The notes beneath the pieces are model-generated. The model was not told the origin of the DNA. It did no database searches and saw only the letters and a list, made by a program, of their open reading frames with translations. This document shows positions 45,944 to 58,891 of a stretch of 64,000 nucleotides of DNA, piece after piece; the first letter of the stretch is position 1; each line of letters starts with the position of its first letter. Position numbers and translations under genes: made by a program. This stretch comes from Dudresnaya verticillata (Eukaryota), in contig OZ374559.1 of NCBI GenBank assembly GCA_977862235.1, forward strand, positions 1,984,001 through 2,048,000, in the 5' to 3' direction.

Positions 45944-46723
45944 CTACTGGCATTGGGAATTGCACTTGTAGTGCTTTAGTAGAGCATTCATATCCGCCTT
46001 CATCAGTGACAAATACTTTGCGACGCGCACTTTATCGCGATCCTCTGACAGCTTCCCGCAAAGATCCACACTGTATGCCCCACCACTCTCGTTACACTTT
46101 TGGTTCAAGTGATAGATGAAATGTTCCACCCTTGCCGTGTACCACTCAACGCTACCTTGACTGTTGACTACGCGAACAGTCGCAGCGCTCTCCACAATCA
46201 CGTTGCTAGCGGCCGTAGGGTCTTGAAGAATTTGCTTGCCGTTTGTGCGGATTCCTGTGCATTCGTCCGCTCGATCGATCATCGCAAGGCTCTCCATCAT
46301 ATTCCCGTTCACAGGGTAAGAAGAAGCCACGGAACATGCGGTTGTGCACACGTGGCAAACAGTAGCAGTTCGGGTTGCTCCGCATTCTGCGTACGACGCG
46401 TTACAGAAGCACCGGAGCAACCTCCGGCCTGGGTCAGTGTTGAGAGCGGCAAATGCCAACCGTACCAGACGATTCTGGGCTGCGGCAGCTGCCACCAAGC
46501 GTAGCCCCCGAATTCGGAAAGCGAACAGTCCTCCGACGGCCACAGCCACTAAGCACACGGCTACGGCGTTCTTTTCCTGAGGGGTCTTGAGGTAGTCTGG
46601 CTTCTGCTCTACGGCAACGCTATCGTGCCTGGTCTTTGCGGATGCGATGGGTTGAATCAGCACCGCCACGAACAACATGAGCAGCGGAACAGTGGAAAGG
46701 GTTTTGGACATCATGACAGCCAT
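45944..46723 (-). CDS. Secreted 12-Cys protein, type A, copy 1
   Basis: 259 aa with a signal-peptide-like N-terminus (LLMLFVAVLIQPIASA). Its 12 Cys align with paralog B. Confidence 0.8.
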   Translation of the reverse strand: MAVMMSKTLSTVPLLMLFVAVLIQPIASAKTRHDSVAVEQKPDYLKTPQEKNAVAVCLVAVAVGGLFAFRIRGLRLVAAAAAQNRLVRLAFAALNTDPGRRLLRCFCNASYAECGATRTATVCHVCTTACSVASSYPVNGNMMESLAMIDRADECTGIRTNGKQILQDPTAASNVIVESAATVRVVNSQGSVEWYTARVEHFIYHLNQKCNESGGAYSVDLCGKLSEDRDKVRVAKYLSLMKADMNALLKHYKCNSQCQ

Positions 46724-46727
46724 TGCA

Positions 46728-46776
46728 GTGTGTGTTTGTGTGTGTGTGTGTGTGTGTATGTGTGTGTGTGTGTGTG
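46728..46776. repeat. (GT/AC)n microsatellite immediately upstream of the type A start codon; repeated in each unit
   Basis: Read directly from the sequence; same length in all three units. Confidence 0.9.
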
Positions 46777-49700
46777 GGAGGGGGTCAAAATCGTATTACC
46801 AGTGCTCACGATGTAGTGGAGCAAGTTGCTTGGTAGCTTTCTGGGCGGACTGTTGATGTGATGGATCGTGATATTCATAGCCGCAAGTTGTTGCTTTACA
46901 ATATATACCACTAGGAAGAGCAAGTGCAGGAAGCGGTATGGTGGTATGGTGTTCAACCAGGAGAACTACCACGTTGTAGTGTAGAAAACGGGGCCCGCTT
47001 TGTGGTCTACTCAGTTTAGGATCAGTTCTTTGAAAAGGGGAAGATACGCCTATGGCGTAGGGGTGAAGTGAGGGCTATGGCATTTGCCGATGAAGGAGTC
47101 TTTTCCGGAAGAGTTGTGGGAATGTTTGTATGGGTTTGATTGGTTGAAGGGCGCAAAGTATTATTTAGATGAACATTTGTGTTTTTTGTTGCCATCGCAA
47201 TCGGCTCCTCCTGTGCGAAGGGCGGAGCTCCGACACGTCGCCGATTCACTCCCAACCTCCCAATTTTCAAAGAGCCCCTTTATCCTCGACAAGACACTCC
47301 GCACAGCTCTTCGCCTACGCCAAATGTTGCGCAGTGCATTGAGCACTGCTGCATCCCGCGAATCTGTGTCCTTCTGTCCTTGGTAGGCCCATATTTGTTG
47401 GCTGCAAAGCTCCCATGCATTGTGTGTTCAAAGCGTAAAGCTTCGTAGTGACTGCAGCGCAGTTATAGCTTTTCGACATAATCCATGTCCTTCAAACACA
47501 CTGATTCCCGTAATAGATTTCCGCCCTTCTCCTAGCAACATCACCTTAGGATGATGATCACAAACTGGGCTACACATGTGGAGACACATAGAGGTGAGCT
47601 CTCTCACCTGAGAGATACTATTTTTTCTGTGGGATCCTCGGAAACGTTTTCTGCCTCATACACAGTAATTCAGTGGAAATCTGGATGTCACCGTACCAGT
47701 TCTGGCAATCTTTCTCGGCTGCTTAGATTCTTGACGCATATTAAGGCGATACTCCTAGATTCTTTTGCATAGGCGTTTAGAGATGCGAAGCGCTAGATTT
47801 TACAGAGGAGTGCCTCCTCCTTGGTTATTGCTTCGGGGGAATCATGTATGTATAAATAGAGGCTGTCTGCAACCACATAGCTAACTTCAAAGTTTCCAAG
47901 CGTTAACAGTTTCCAGTGTAGAACGTCTGTTTTCACTTCACCTTATTGTCCAAAATATTTTACAGACTTGCATTGGTCTTGGGACGTCAATGCGTGCACA
48001 GTACTCGAAGAATTTTTCACGTTTCTGCAGTTCATTTGCCCTTCTGGACATGGCACTTTCAGTCTAGAAATTTCGTTGAAGTAAATGAGAGTCGATGGCA
48101 AACCCACAAAATGTTCATCAGGCATGAACGATGTGAAAGGTTCCTCCTCTTCGCTTAGAATCTGATTCAAATTCGTCCATCATCAGTTACTACATCTGTA
48201 CTGGAAAGAATAGAAAGCTGAGTGGCACGTGTTATACACGGTAAGGAGGGGCCGCGGCTAGTGCATGGCTCTAAAACCAGCTCTAAAATATCATTGACAT
48301 ATAGTTGAATGCCTTTCCCACTAATTGCATTTCTAATAACTCAGGTTTCGTCTCGAGTTGAATGACCTAGCTATCAGAGTGCTGGTGCAAGGCCGAACCC
48401 GTCCGGAATCTCTGCAAACCTTGAAGGCATCTCAAAAATATTACACTCTATCTATGTCTTCTGACAATGAGAGGTCTGGCCTGAGAACAGTTATTAAAAA
48501 ACGCATTGGCTACCTAATGCATTCATTGTTATGATATGCCGATAATGTTATATTATGTTAATGGGTTTCAGCATATACGGCTGCAAAATTCCTCTGCGTT
48601 CCATTGCTTTATTATATGCGACAGTTCTGGTCCGCTCTAAACAACCACTTTCGATACTAATATCATGCAAAAAACAAATGAGCAACACTGGAGACTCCTG
48701 TTGCTATGTATGAGATAGCAACCTCTATTTATGTACCTTACCAAAAAATAATGATACAATGATACATTGTATACTAAATAAGAAGATTACCAGCATCGGT
48801 GCCCACTTCTGACAGAAAATAAACGTAGCCAAAATAAGGCAAAGTCAACTCAATCTATGAACGAGACCGGGAATGATAGGGACATAGCAACGAACTTCAG
48901 ATTGAAGGGCACAGTATGTTATACTACCTTGTTTTGTTATCACTGAATCTCTATAAGGGTTTCAGTCTTGCAAATGGTTGAGAGCATTATGTTCGGAGTC
49001 AGTACGGTAAGAACCATTTTCTTGAGAGTACACACAAAGAGGAATTAAAGAACTATTGCCACAAATTCACAAATTGGGGTTGGGCCTTTGCGCCACCTCT
49101 AATCCTTTTGTGCTTCATATATCTCAGCGTTCTTATCGTACGAAAATAGTTCTATTCACAGGAATTGACTGAGACAACGCATTTAGTCTATGTTGTTGTC
49201 TCGGACACTAGCGATGAGAATACACGTTCACTCCAAGTGCCTTACAATGCAATACGTCTACTGGGAATTCTAGAGCCCGCGGTAAACTCTTTCCGCAGCG
49301 TGCAACAGCAACAAGCATCGAACTGAGGTGCCAGCCGTGTGAAGAGCCGTTGACAGGAAGACGGTCCGACTCGCAAGGTAGCTTTCAGCACGGAGGCGAA
49401 ACGTTGCGAGTCGGGCGGAAGAGGAGGGGGGTTTCTGCCAGCATGGAGATGCGCTCGGTACGAGTGGGATCGATGGAACAATGGCGAACATGTCGATGAG
49501 GCTGACCACTCGTTCTGGGAGGATGCCCTGAAGCTGTTGGTTACGGAGAACCTATTTTTTGCAAAAATGGCGTCAGAGAAAATGGGCGCATATGCAACCG
49601 CGGAAGAGCCCCCTGTTCTGCCTACACAACATCCGTCAGATCCTTCCTACGTCAACATCTGAATTGAAAGATACCCTCGAAGGCCCTCGAAGGTACGACA

Positions 49701-51037
49701 TCATCGGATAAACCATTGGCTGCTGTACCATGTTGCTACCGAAGAGAGCATTGCATTGCCTTCATACACCATATCGCCCAGCTAGGTCTGTGGACAGGAA
49801 GTTTAATTTGCGCCGTCAACGATAGTTGCTTTGTAGAAAGTTTTGGATAACGCTACGTATGTTTCAAAGTAGAAAACCCGATTTGTCGCAAACTGAAAGG
49901 CGGATAATCATGGAAAAAAGATTCGGTACAATGTGACTTTCGCAACACAACTCCGCGTTAGATGGTATGGCCATTCTGCCAGGCTCAATACGCCTTGAGT
50001 CGACCTCGAAATTCAGTAAGTACTCCCGGCCAGAAACATCTTCTGCCAACAAACATTAGCCCTAATTCTATGAATACTGCATCTTCTACTATTCTCGGAA
50101 GAGAGGAGACTCAGAAAATCTTCTGAGACATGCTGAGTCAGGAGAAAGGGAATGATGTAGGCAACTGTAGAAGATTTCTGATCTTGACGGGTTCAATCAC
50201 CACCCATTCGCTCGTTGCAATTTTTCATGTGATGACACATGTTCTCATAGGTTTGTTATAAACCCGATCGACTCTGTCTTGTGTTCTATTTTCATCACTC
50301 TCTTCCCTGTTTGTAATAAAAACAAGTCACTTTCCTTACAACTTGCAACGTGTAGAGCCAGTAACGTTACTGCTTCAGCTGTAGACCCACATATTCAGCT
50401 CAGTGAGTATGTGCTGCAAAGCGTTTTGCTTCTATTGCCAACCCTACACGCGTAACTTGACACTCCAAACAAAGGGGCTCGCGGCTCACACTTGCGCTTT
50501 CGTTTCTCAGCCGAGGAAACGACAAGTCTCCCTAACAATCCATCCATTAAGCTCTAGAGTCTGTTTGATATAAAATTGCATCTCCTCCATTGGCCCCCTC
50601 CAAGTCCATCCGCGGAGAGAGCGTCGATCGCAATGGGGAACGATACAGTCTACGAATGAAGTTTCAACGGAATCAGAGAGTACCAGATCCATGAGAGTTG
50701 AGCATATGCAAATTGTACTGGCCAGCATATTCTGGACCATCTGGGCTTGCAAAGTAGCAGAACGTGCAGGGTGGGTGTTTCCCTTTTCCGGGTTCCAAGA
50801 ATAGAATTGCAAACATACCAACAGAAACAATGGAGGAATAGAGGATGCCATCCAGAACGGTTTCTTCCTTTTGCAGATCGACTGAATTCACATACAGAGA
50901 CGCAGTCCTGATCTTCAACTTCACTGCTTGTAGTTCGGAGGAAGCAAGACAGAAAACGATACTTAAGAAGGTGGGTGACTGCGTTCTCGCTATTGCATTG
51001 CGTTCGCAAGCCACTACTCCTCAGCCTGCCTTCCGAA

Positions 51038-51844
51038 ATGAACACGCGGTTTGTATCTATCCCGATTTTACTGCTTCTCGCAGCGGCGGTTCTGCAACCG
51101 GCGGAGTCGTACAGGAGAAAGCATGAACGTTCAGCAGTCAGGAAGAATAGGGATGACTACCTCAAATCTACCGACGAAAAGATACTTGTGCCGGCTTGTG
51201 TAGTTATAGGAGCGATTGGTGGTGCAGTTGCGCTGCGCAATCGGGCGTTCAGGTTGGCGTCTATCAGGGCCGCTTCCGAGCTAGAGAACGCCAGTTGGCC
51301 GGTTAAGTTGGCTATTGCGGCACTGGACACGGAAGTGGTCAAGTCGGCACTGGCATGCTTCTGCCAAACGACAAACACTGTGTGCCGCGAGAATCGAAAG
51401 AAAGAGGCGTGCCTTATATGTGCCGGGGTTTGTGGTTTCGCCGAGATGCTTCCGCCGCAGGGCAGGTCGGACATCGCAGACGAGCTGAGCGCGATGGGGA
51501 GGCAATGCGCATCCGTGCAGACTGGCAGGCAGGTTGTTGTCGGAGGATCACAAGATGCGGTATACGGATCGGTGCGGGATATTGATGACGCCAACTTTTA
51601 CCGGAACAAGGTGAACAACTACATGAAGGATCTGGCGACGAGATGCCCGCAGACCGGTGGAGATTACAGCCCGGATTGTCAGCAGTACTACTCCGGCGTG
51701 GAGGCGCGGAACAAACTGCGACAGAAAGAGTTTGAATATTGGATTCTGAACGACTATAGGGAGGTGATGAAGTCCTATTCGTGTGGGGGCGACTGTCAAG
51801 GGATGGGTGTTCCTGGCGATGGGGGAGAGAAGCCGACCGGTTAG
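51038..51844 (+). CDS. Secreted 12-Cys protein, type B, copy 1
   Basis: ATG 51038 begins MNTRFVSIPILLLLAAAVLQPAES (signal-peptide-like). Collinear homology to type A (DYLK..EK, CFC, CxxCxxxC, GGxYS, YxCxxxCQ). Confidence 0.8.
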   Translation: MNTRFVSIPILLLLAAAVLQPAESYRRKHERSAVRKNRDDYLKSTDEKILVPACVVIGAIGGAVALRNRAFRLASIRAASELENASWPVKLAIAALDTEVVKSALACFCQTTNTVCRENRKKEACLICAGVCGFAEMLPPQGRSDIADELSAMGRQCASVQTGRQVVVGGSQDAVYGSVRDIDDANFYRNKVNNYMKDLATRCPQTGGDYSPDCQQYYSGVEARNKLRQKEFEYWILNDYREVMKSYSCGGDCQGMGVPGDGGEKPTG

Positions 51845-52990
51845 TCGAGCAACTGTGATCCTCGGCGGAGCCCATTCCTTGAGTACACAATGGGCCTGCG
51901 TTATACGGAGAGGGGCTACTCTCACGGGGAGCATGGAAACTCCTATGGGAAGTACGTGCAGCATCCAGCATAGGATTGCCACCGGGACGGGAGTAGCCCG
52001 CTCTGAGCTTTAGTAAATTGTTGCGTGCGTTTGCCAAGAATGCTTCTTCCGTGACACCGCAGCCCCCGCTACAACGGGCTACATCTCTGCGAGAGTACAC
52101 GCGAGACGGCGACGCGTATATTGTAGATGGCGGTGCTGCGCTTCCTTCTCGAACGAAATCGCATCGAACGTCTTCACCAGACACACCGTGGTATTGCGTC
52201 TCGCAAGCAAGGCATCTCAAAAGGACTCCAACGTATGTCTTCTGCAAAATGAGAGGTCTAGCCAGAGAATAGTTATTCAAGTAACGTGTTAGTTACCTAA
52301 TGCAGTCATTGTTGGCAATGGCGGTGTCGACCGTGATGAGTTTTCACGGACCCCTAGCTGGTTTCAGGATTTCGGGATGATATCATACAATGGCCTGTTT
52401 TAAGCGTCACTTCTCCCGGACGCTACCAGAGTCCAGTAGCACCGACATACACCCAATACAATACTGGGCTTCTAAACCCATGCTCCGCTAACCCCGAGTT
52501 TCAAAATCACAATCCCATTTCCACCAGACTTGTGAGACCTCCATCCAATTTAGACATCACTGTAGAAAACAATGATGATGGAGACCTTTATGCATAGGAA
52601 AGTCCAAAGTAGTGAAGGCCCAGTATAAAACAAAAACGTATGGCCTCAGTTGTGAATCAGTACGGGAAAGGGGGTAGCCCGTAATGTTAACCTGAAGAAG
52701 GCATGCAAAAGAAAATCAGTATCACTGAAACAAGACCATCAAGAGTAAACATTCTGTCCGTGTATTTCAACATGTTCCATATAATGGAATAAGCGTTCTC
52801 TTTTTCTTGTTGCAGAGAATTGGTAGATCAAATGTATGATGCTAAACTTTGTTGTTTACGATTGCAACAGGAATAGAATCCGCCAGCATTGGCAATGGGT
52901 GGCCTAGAGCCACTGCCTTGTTCATCAAGGTATATTCTTATTATTCTTATACTGTATGCCTTGCATACGCCCTAGTTGTGTCAAGTTGCC

Positions 52991-53770
52991 CTACTGGCAT
53001 TGGGAATTGCACTTGTAGTGCTTTAGTAGAGCATTCATATCCGCCTTCATCAGTGACAAATACTTTGCGACGCGCACTTTATCGCGATCCTCTGACAGCT
53101 TCCCGCAAAGATCCACACTGTATGCCCCACCACTCTCGTTACACTTTTGGTTCAAGTGATAGATGAAATGTTCCACCCTTGCCGTGTACCACTCAACGCT
53201 ACCTTGACTGTTGACTACGCGAACAGTCGCAGCGCTCTCCACAATCACGTTGCTAGCGGCCGTAGGGCCTTGAAGAATTTGCTTGCCGTTTGTGCGGATT
53301 CCTGTGCATTCGTCCGCTCGATCGATCATCGCAAGGCTCTCCATCATATTCCCGTTCACAGGGTAAGAAGAAGCCACGGAACATGCGGTTGTGCACACGT
53401 GGCAAACAGTAGCAGTTCGGGTTGCTCCGCATTCTGCGTACGACGCGTTACAGAAGCACCGGAGCAACCTCCGGCCTGGGTCAGTGTTGAGAGCGGCAAA
53501 TGCCAACCGTACCAGACGATTCTGGGCTGCGGCAGCTGCCACCAAGCGTAGCCCCCGAATTCGGAAAGCGAACAGTCCTCCGACGGCCACAGCCACTAAG
53601 CACACGGCTACGGCGTTCTTTTCCTGAGGGGTCTTGAGGTAGTCTGGCTTCTGCTCTACGGCAACGCTATCGTGCCTGGTCTTTGCGGATGCGATGGGTT
53701 GAATCAGCACCGCCACGAACAACATGAGCAGCGGAACAGTGGAAAGGGTTTTGGACATCATGACAGCCAT
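52991..53770 (-). CDS. Secreted 12-Cys protein, type A, copy 2
   Basis: Identical to copy 1 except for one D to G change (QDPT vs QGPT). Confidence 0.8.
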   Translation of the reverse strand: MAVMMSKTLSTVPLLMLFVAVLIQPIASAKTRHDSVAVEQKPDYLKTPQEKNAVAVCLVAVAVGGLFAFRIRGLRLVAAAAAQNRLVRLAFAALNTDPGRRLLRCFCNASYAECGATRTATVCHVCTTACSVASSYPVNGNMMESLAMIDRADECTGIRTNGKQILQGPTAASNVIVESAATVRVVNSQGSVEWYTARVEHFIYHLNQKCNESGGAYSVDLCGKLSEDRDKVRVAKYLSLMKADMNALLKHYKCNSQCQ

Positions 53771-56700
53771 TGCAGTGTGTGTTTGTGTGTGTGTGTGTGT
53801 GTGTATGTGTGTGTGTGTGTGTGGGAGGGGGTCAAAATCGTATTACCAGTGCTCACGATGTAGTGGAGCAAGTTGCTTGGTAGCTTTCTGGGCGGACTGT
53901 TGATGTGATGGATCGTGATATTCATAGCCGCAAGTTGTTGCTTTACAATATATACCACTAGGAAGAGCAAGTGCAGGAAGCGGTATGGTGGTATGGTGTT
54001 CAACCAGGAGAACTACCACGTTGTAGTGTAGAAAACGGGGCCCGCTTTGTGGTCTACTCAGTTTAGGATCAGTTCTTTGAAAAGGGGAAGATACGCCTAT
54101 GGCGTAGGGGTGAAGTGAGGGCTATGGCATTTGCCGATGAAGGAGTCTTTTCCGGAAGAGTTGTGGGAATGTTTGTATGGGTTTGATTGGTTGAAGGGCG
54201 CAAAGTATTATTTAGATGAACATTTGTGTTTTTTGTTGCCATCGCAATCGGCTCCTCCTGTGCGAAGGGCGGAGCTCCGACACGTCGCCGATTCACTCCC
54301 AACCTCCCAATTTTCAAAGAGCCCCTTTATCCTCGACAAGACACTCCGCACAGCTCTTCGCCTACGCCAAATGTTGCGCAGTGCATTGAGCACTGCTGCA
54401 TCCCGCGAATCTGTGTCCTTCTGTCCTTGGTAGGCCCATATTTGTTGGCTGCAAAGCTCCCATGCATTGTGTGTTCAAAGCGTAAAGCTTCGTAGTGACT
54501 GCAGCGCAGTTATAGCTTTTCGACATAATCCATGTCCTTCAAACACACTGATTCCCGTAATAGATTTCCGCCCTTCTCCTAGCAACATCACCTTAGGATG
54601 ATGATCACAAACTGGGCTACACATGTGGAGACACATAGAGGTGAGCTCTCTCACCTGAGAGATACTATTTTTTCTGTGGGATCCTCGGAAACGTTTTCTG
54701 CCTCATACACAGTAATTCAGTGGAAATCTGGATGTCACCGTACCAGTTCTGGCAATCTTTCTCGGCTGCTTAGATTCTTGACGCATATTAAGGCGATACT
54801 CCTAGATTCTTTTGCATAGGCGTTTAGAGATGCGAAGCGCTAGATTTTACAGAGGAGTGCCTCCTCCTTGGTTATTGCTTCGGGGGAATCATGTATGTAT
54901 AAATAGAGGCTGTCTGCAACCACATAGCTAACTTCAAAGTTTCCAAGCGTTAACAGTTTCCAGTGTAGAACGTCTGTTTTCACTTCACCTTATTGTCCAA
55001 AATATTTTACAGACTTGCATTGGTCTTGGGACGTCAATGCGTGCACAGTACTCGAAGAATTTTTCACGTTTCTGCAGTTCATTTGTCCTTCTGGACATGG
55101 CACTTTCAGTCTAGAAATTTCGTTGAAGTAAATGAGAGTCGATGGCAAACCCACAAAATGTTCATCAGGCATGAACGATGTGAAAGGTTCCTCCTCTTCG
55201 CTTAGAATCTGATTCAAATTCGTCCATCATCAGTTACTACATCTGTACTGGAAAGAATAGAAAGCTGAGTGGCACGTGTTATACACGGTAAGGAGGGGCC
55301 GCGGCTAGTGCATGGCTCTAAAACCAGCTCTAAAATATCATTGACATATAGTTGAATGCCTTTCCCACTAATTGCATTTCTAATAACTCAGGTTTCGTCT
55401 CGAGTTGAATGACCTAGCTATCAGAGTGCTGGTGCAAGGCCGAACCCGTCCGGAATCTCTGCAAACCTTGAAGGCATCTCAAAAATATTACACTCTATCT
55501 ATGTCTTCTGACAATGAGAGGTCTGGCCTGAGAACAGTTATTAAAAAACGCATTGGCTACCTAATGCATTCATTGTTATGATATGCCGATAATGTTATAT
55601 TATGTTAATGGGTTTCAGCATATACGGCTGCAAAATTCCTCTGCGTTCCATTGCTTTATTATATGCGACAGTTCTGGTCCGCTCTAAACAACCACTTTCG
55701 ATACTAATATCATGCAAAAAACAAATGAGCAACACTGGAGACTCCTGTTGCTATGTATGAGATAGCAACCTCTATTTATGTACCTTACCAAAAAATAATG
55801 ATACAATGATACATTGTATACTAAATAAGAAGATTACCAGCATCGGTGCCCACTTCTGACAGAAAATAAACGTAGCCAAAATAAGGCAAAGTCAACTCAA
55901 TCTATGAACGAGACCGGGAATGATAGGGACATAGCAACGAACTTCAGATTGAAGGGCACAGTATGTTATACTACCTTGTTTTGTTATCACTGAATCTCTA
56001 TAAGGGTTTCAGTCTTGCAAATGGTTGAGAGCATTATGTTCGGAGTCAGTACGGTAAGAACCATTTTCTTGAGAGTACACACAAAGAGGAATTAAAGAAC
56101 TATTGCCACAAATTCACAAATTGGGGTTGGGCCTTTGCGCCACCTCTAATCCTTTTGTGCTTCATATATCTCAGCGTTCTTATCGTACGAAAATAGTTCT
56201 ATTCACAGGAATTGACTGAGACAACGCATTTAGTCTATGTTGTTGTCTCGGACACTAGCGATGAGAATACACGTTCACTCCAAGTGCCTTACAATGCAAT
56301 ACGTCTACTGGGAATTCTAGAGCCCGCGGTAAACTCTTTCCGCAGCGTGCAACAGCAACAAGCATCGAACTGAGGTGCCAGCCGTGTGAAGAGCCGTTGA
56401 CAGGAAGACGGTCCGACTCGCAAGGTAGCTTTCAGCACGGAGGCGAAACGTTGCGAGTCGGGCGGAAGAGGAGGGGGGTTTCTGCCAGCATGGAGATGCG
56501 CTCGGTACGAGTGGGATCGATGGAACAATGGCGAACATGTCGATGAGGCTGACCACTCGTTCTGGGAGGATGCCCTGAAGCTGTTGGTTACGGAGAACCT
56601 ATTTTTTGCAAAAATGGCGTCAGAGAAAATGGGCGCATATGCAACCGCGGAAGAGCCCCCTGTTCTGCCTACACAACATCCGTCAGATCCTTCCTACGTC

Positions 56701-58084
56701 AACATCTGAATTGAAAGATACCCTCGAAGGCCCTCGAAGGTACGACATCATCGGATAAACCATTGGCTGCTGTACCATGTTGCTACCGAAGAGAGCATTG
56801 CATTGCCTTCATACACCATATCGCCCAGCTAGGTCTGTGGACAGGAAGTTTAATTTGCGCCGTCAACGATAGTTGCTTTGTAGAAAGTTTTGGATAACGC
56901 TACGTATGTTTCAAAGTAGAAAACCCGATTTGTCGCAAACTGAAAGGCGGATAATCATGGAAAAAAGATTCGGTACAATGTGACTTTCGCAACACAACTC
57001 CGCGTTAGATGGTATGGCCATTCTGCCAGGCTCAATACGCCTTGAGTCGACCTCGAAATTCAGTAAGTACTCCCGGCCAGAAACATCTTCTGCCAACAAA
57101 CATTAGCCCTAATTCTATGAATACTGCATCTTCTACTATTCTCGGAAGAGAGGAGACTCAGAAAATCTTCTGAGACATGCTGAGTCAGGAGAAAGGGAAT
57201 GATGTAGGCAATTGTAGAAGATTTCTGATCTTGACGGGTTCAATCACCACCCATTCGCTCGTTGCAATTTTTCATGTGATGACACATGTTCTCATAGGTT
57301 TGTTATAAACCCGATCGACTCTGTCTTGTGTTCTATTTTCATCACTCTCTTCCCTGTTTGTAATAAAAACAAGTCACTTTCCTTACAACTTGCAACGTGT
57401 AGAGCCAGTAACGTTACTGCTTCAGCTGTAGACCCACATATTCAGCTCAGTGAGTATGTGCTGCAAAGCGTTTTGCTTCTATTGCCAACCCTACACGCGT
57501 AACTTGACACTCCAAACAAAGGGGCTCGCGGCTCACACTTGCGCTTTCGTTTCTCAGCCGAGGAAACGACAAGTCTCCCTAACAATCCATCCATTAAGCT
57601 CTAGAGTCTGTTTGATATAAAATTGCATCTCCTCCATTGGCCCCCTCCAAGTCCATCCGCGGAGAGAGCGTCGATCGCAATGGGGAACGATACAGTCTAC
57701 GAATGAAGTTTCAACGGAATCAGAGAGTACCAGATCCATGAGAGTTGAGCATATGCAAATTGTACTGGCCAGCATATTCTGGACCATCTGGGCTTGCAAA
57801 GTAGCAGAACGTGCAGGGTGGGTGTTTCCCTTTTCCGGGTTCCAAGAATAGAATTGCAAACATACCAACAGAAACAATGGAGGAATAGAGGATGCCATCC
57901 AGAACGGTTTCTTCCTTTTGCAGATCGACTGAATTCACATACAGAGACGCAGTCCTGATCTTCAACTTCACTGCTTGTAGTTCGGAGGAAGCAAGACAGA
58001 AAACGATACTTAAGAAGGTGGGTGACTGCGTTCTCGCTATTGCATTGCGTTCGCAAGCCACTACTCCTCAGCCTGCCTTCCGAA

Positions 58085-58891
58085 ATGAACACGCGGTTTG
58101 TATCTATCCCGATTTTACTGCTTCTCGCAGCGGCGGTTCTGCAACCGGCGGAGTCGTACAGGAGAAAGCATGAACGTTCAGCAGTCAGGAAGAATAGGGA
58201 TGACTACCTCAAATCTACCGACGAAAAGATACTTGTGCCGGCTTGTGTAGTTATAGGAGCGATTGGTGGTGCAGTTGCGCTGCGCAATCGGGCGTTCAGG
58301 TTGGCGTCTATCAGGGCCGCTTCCGAGCTAGAGAACGCCAGTTGGCCGGTTAAGTTGGCTATTGCGGCACTGGACACGGAAGTGGTCAAGTCGGCACTGG
58401 CATGCTTCTGCCAAACGACAAACACTGTGTGCCGCGAGAATCGAAAGAAAGAGGCGTGCCTTATATGTGCCGGGGTTTGTGGTTTCGCCGAGATGCTTCC
58501 GCCGCAGGGCAGGTCGGACATCGCAGACGAGCTGAGCGCGATGGGGAGGCAATGCGCATCCGTGCAGACTGGCAGGCAGGTTGTTGTCGGAGGATCACAA
58601 GATGCGGTATACGGATCGGTGCGGGATATTGATGACGCCAACTTTTACCGGAACAAGGTGAACAACTACATGAAGGATCTGGCGACGAGATGCCCGCAGA
58701 CCGGTGGAGATTACAGCCCGGATTGTCAGCAGTACTACTCCGGCGTGGAGGCGCGGAACAAACTGCGACAGAAAGAGTTTGAATATTGGATTCTGAACGA
58801 CTATAGGGAGGTGATGAAGTCCTATTCGTGTGGGGGCGACTGTCAAGGGATGGGTGTTCCTGGCGATGGGGGAGAGAAGCCGACCGGTTAG
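58085..58891 (+). CDS. Secreted 12-Cys protein, type B, copy 2
   Basis: Same translation as copy 1. Confidence 0.8.
   Translation: MNTRFVSIPILLLLAAAVLQPAESYRRKHERSAVRKNRDDYLKSTDEKILVPACVVIGAIGGAVALRNRAFRLASIRAASELENASWPVKLAIAALDTEVVKSALACFCQTTNTVCRENRKKEACLICAGVCGFAEMLPPQGRSDIADELSAMGRQCASVQTGRQVVVGGSQDAVYGSVRDIDDANFYRNKVNNYMKDLATRCPQTGGDYSPDCQQYYSGVEARNKLRQKEFEYWILNDYREVMKSYSCGGDCQGMGVPGDGGEKPTG

Noticed and set aside
51414..52280. 288-aa minus-strand ORF in the array
   Set aside because: It is antisense to protein B and has no motifs. It recurs only because the array is near-identical.
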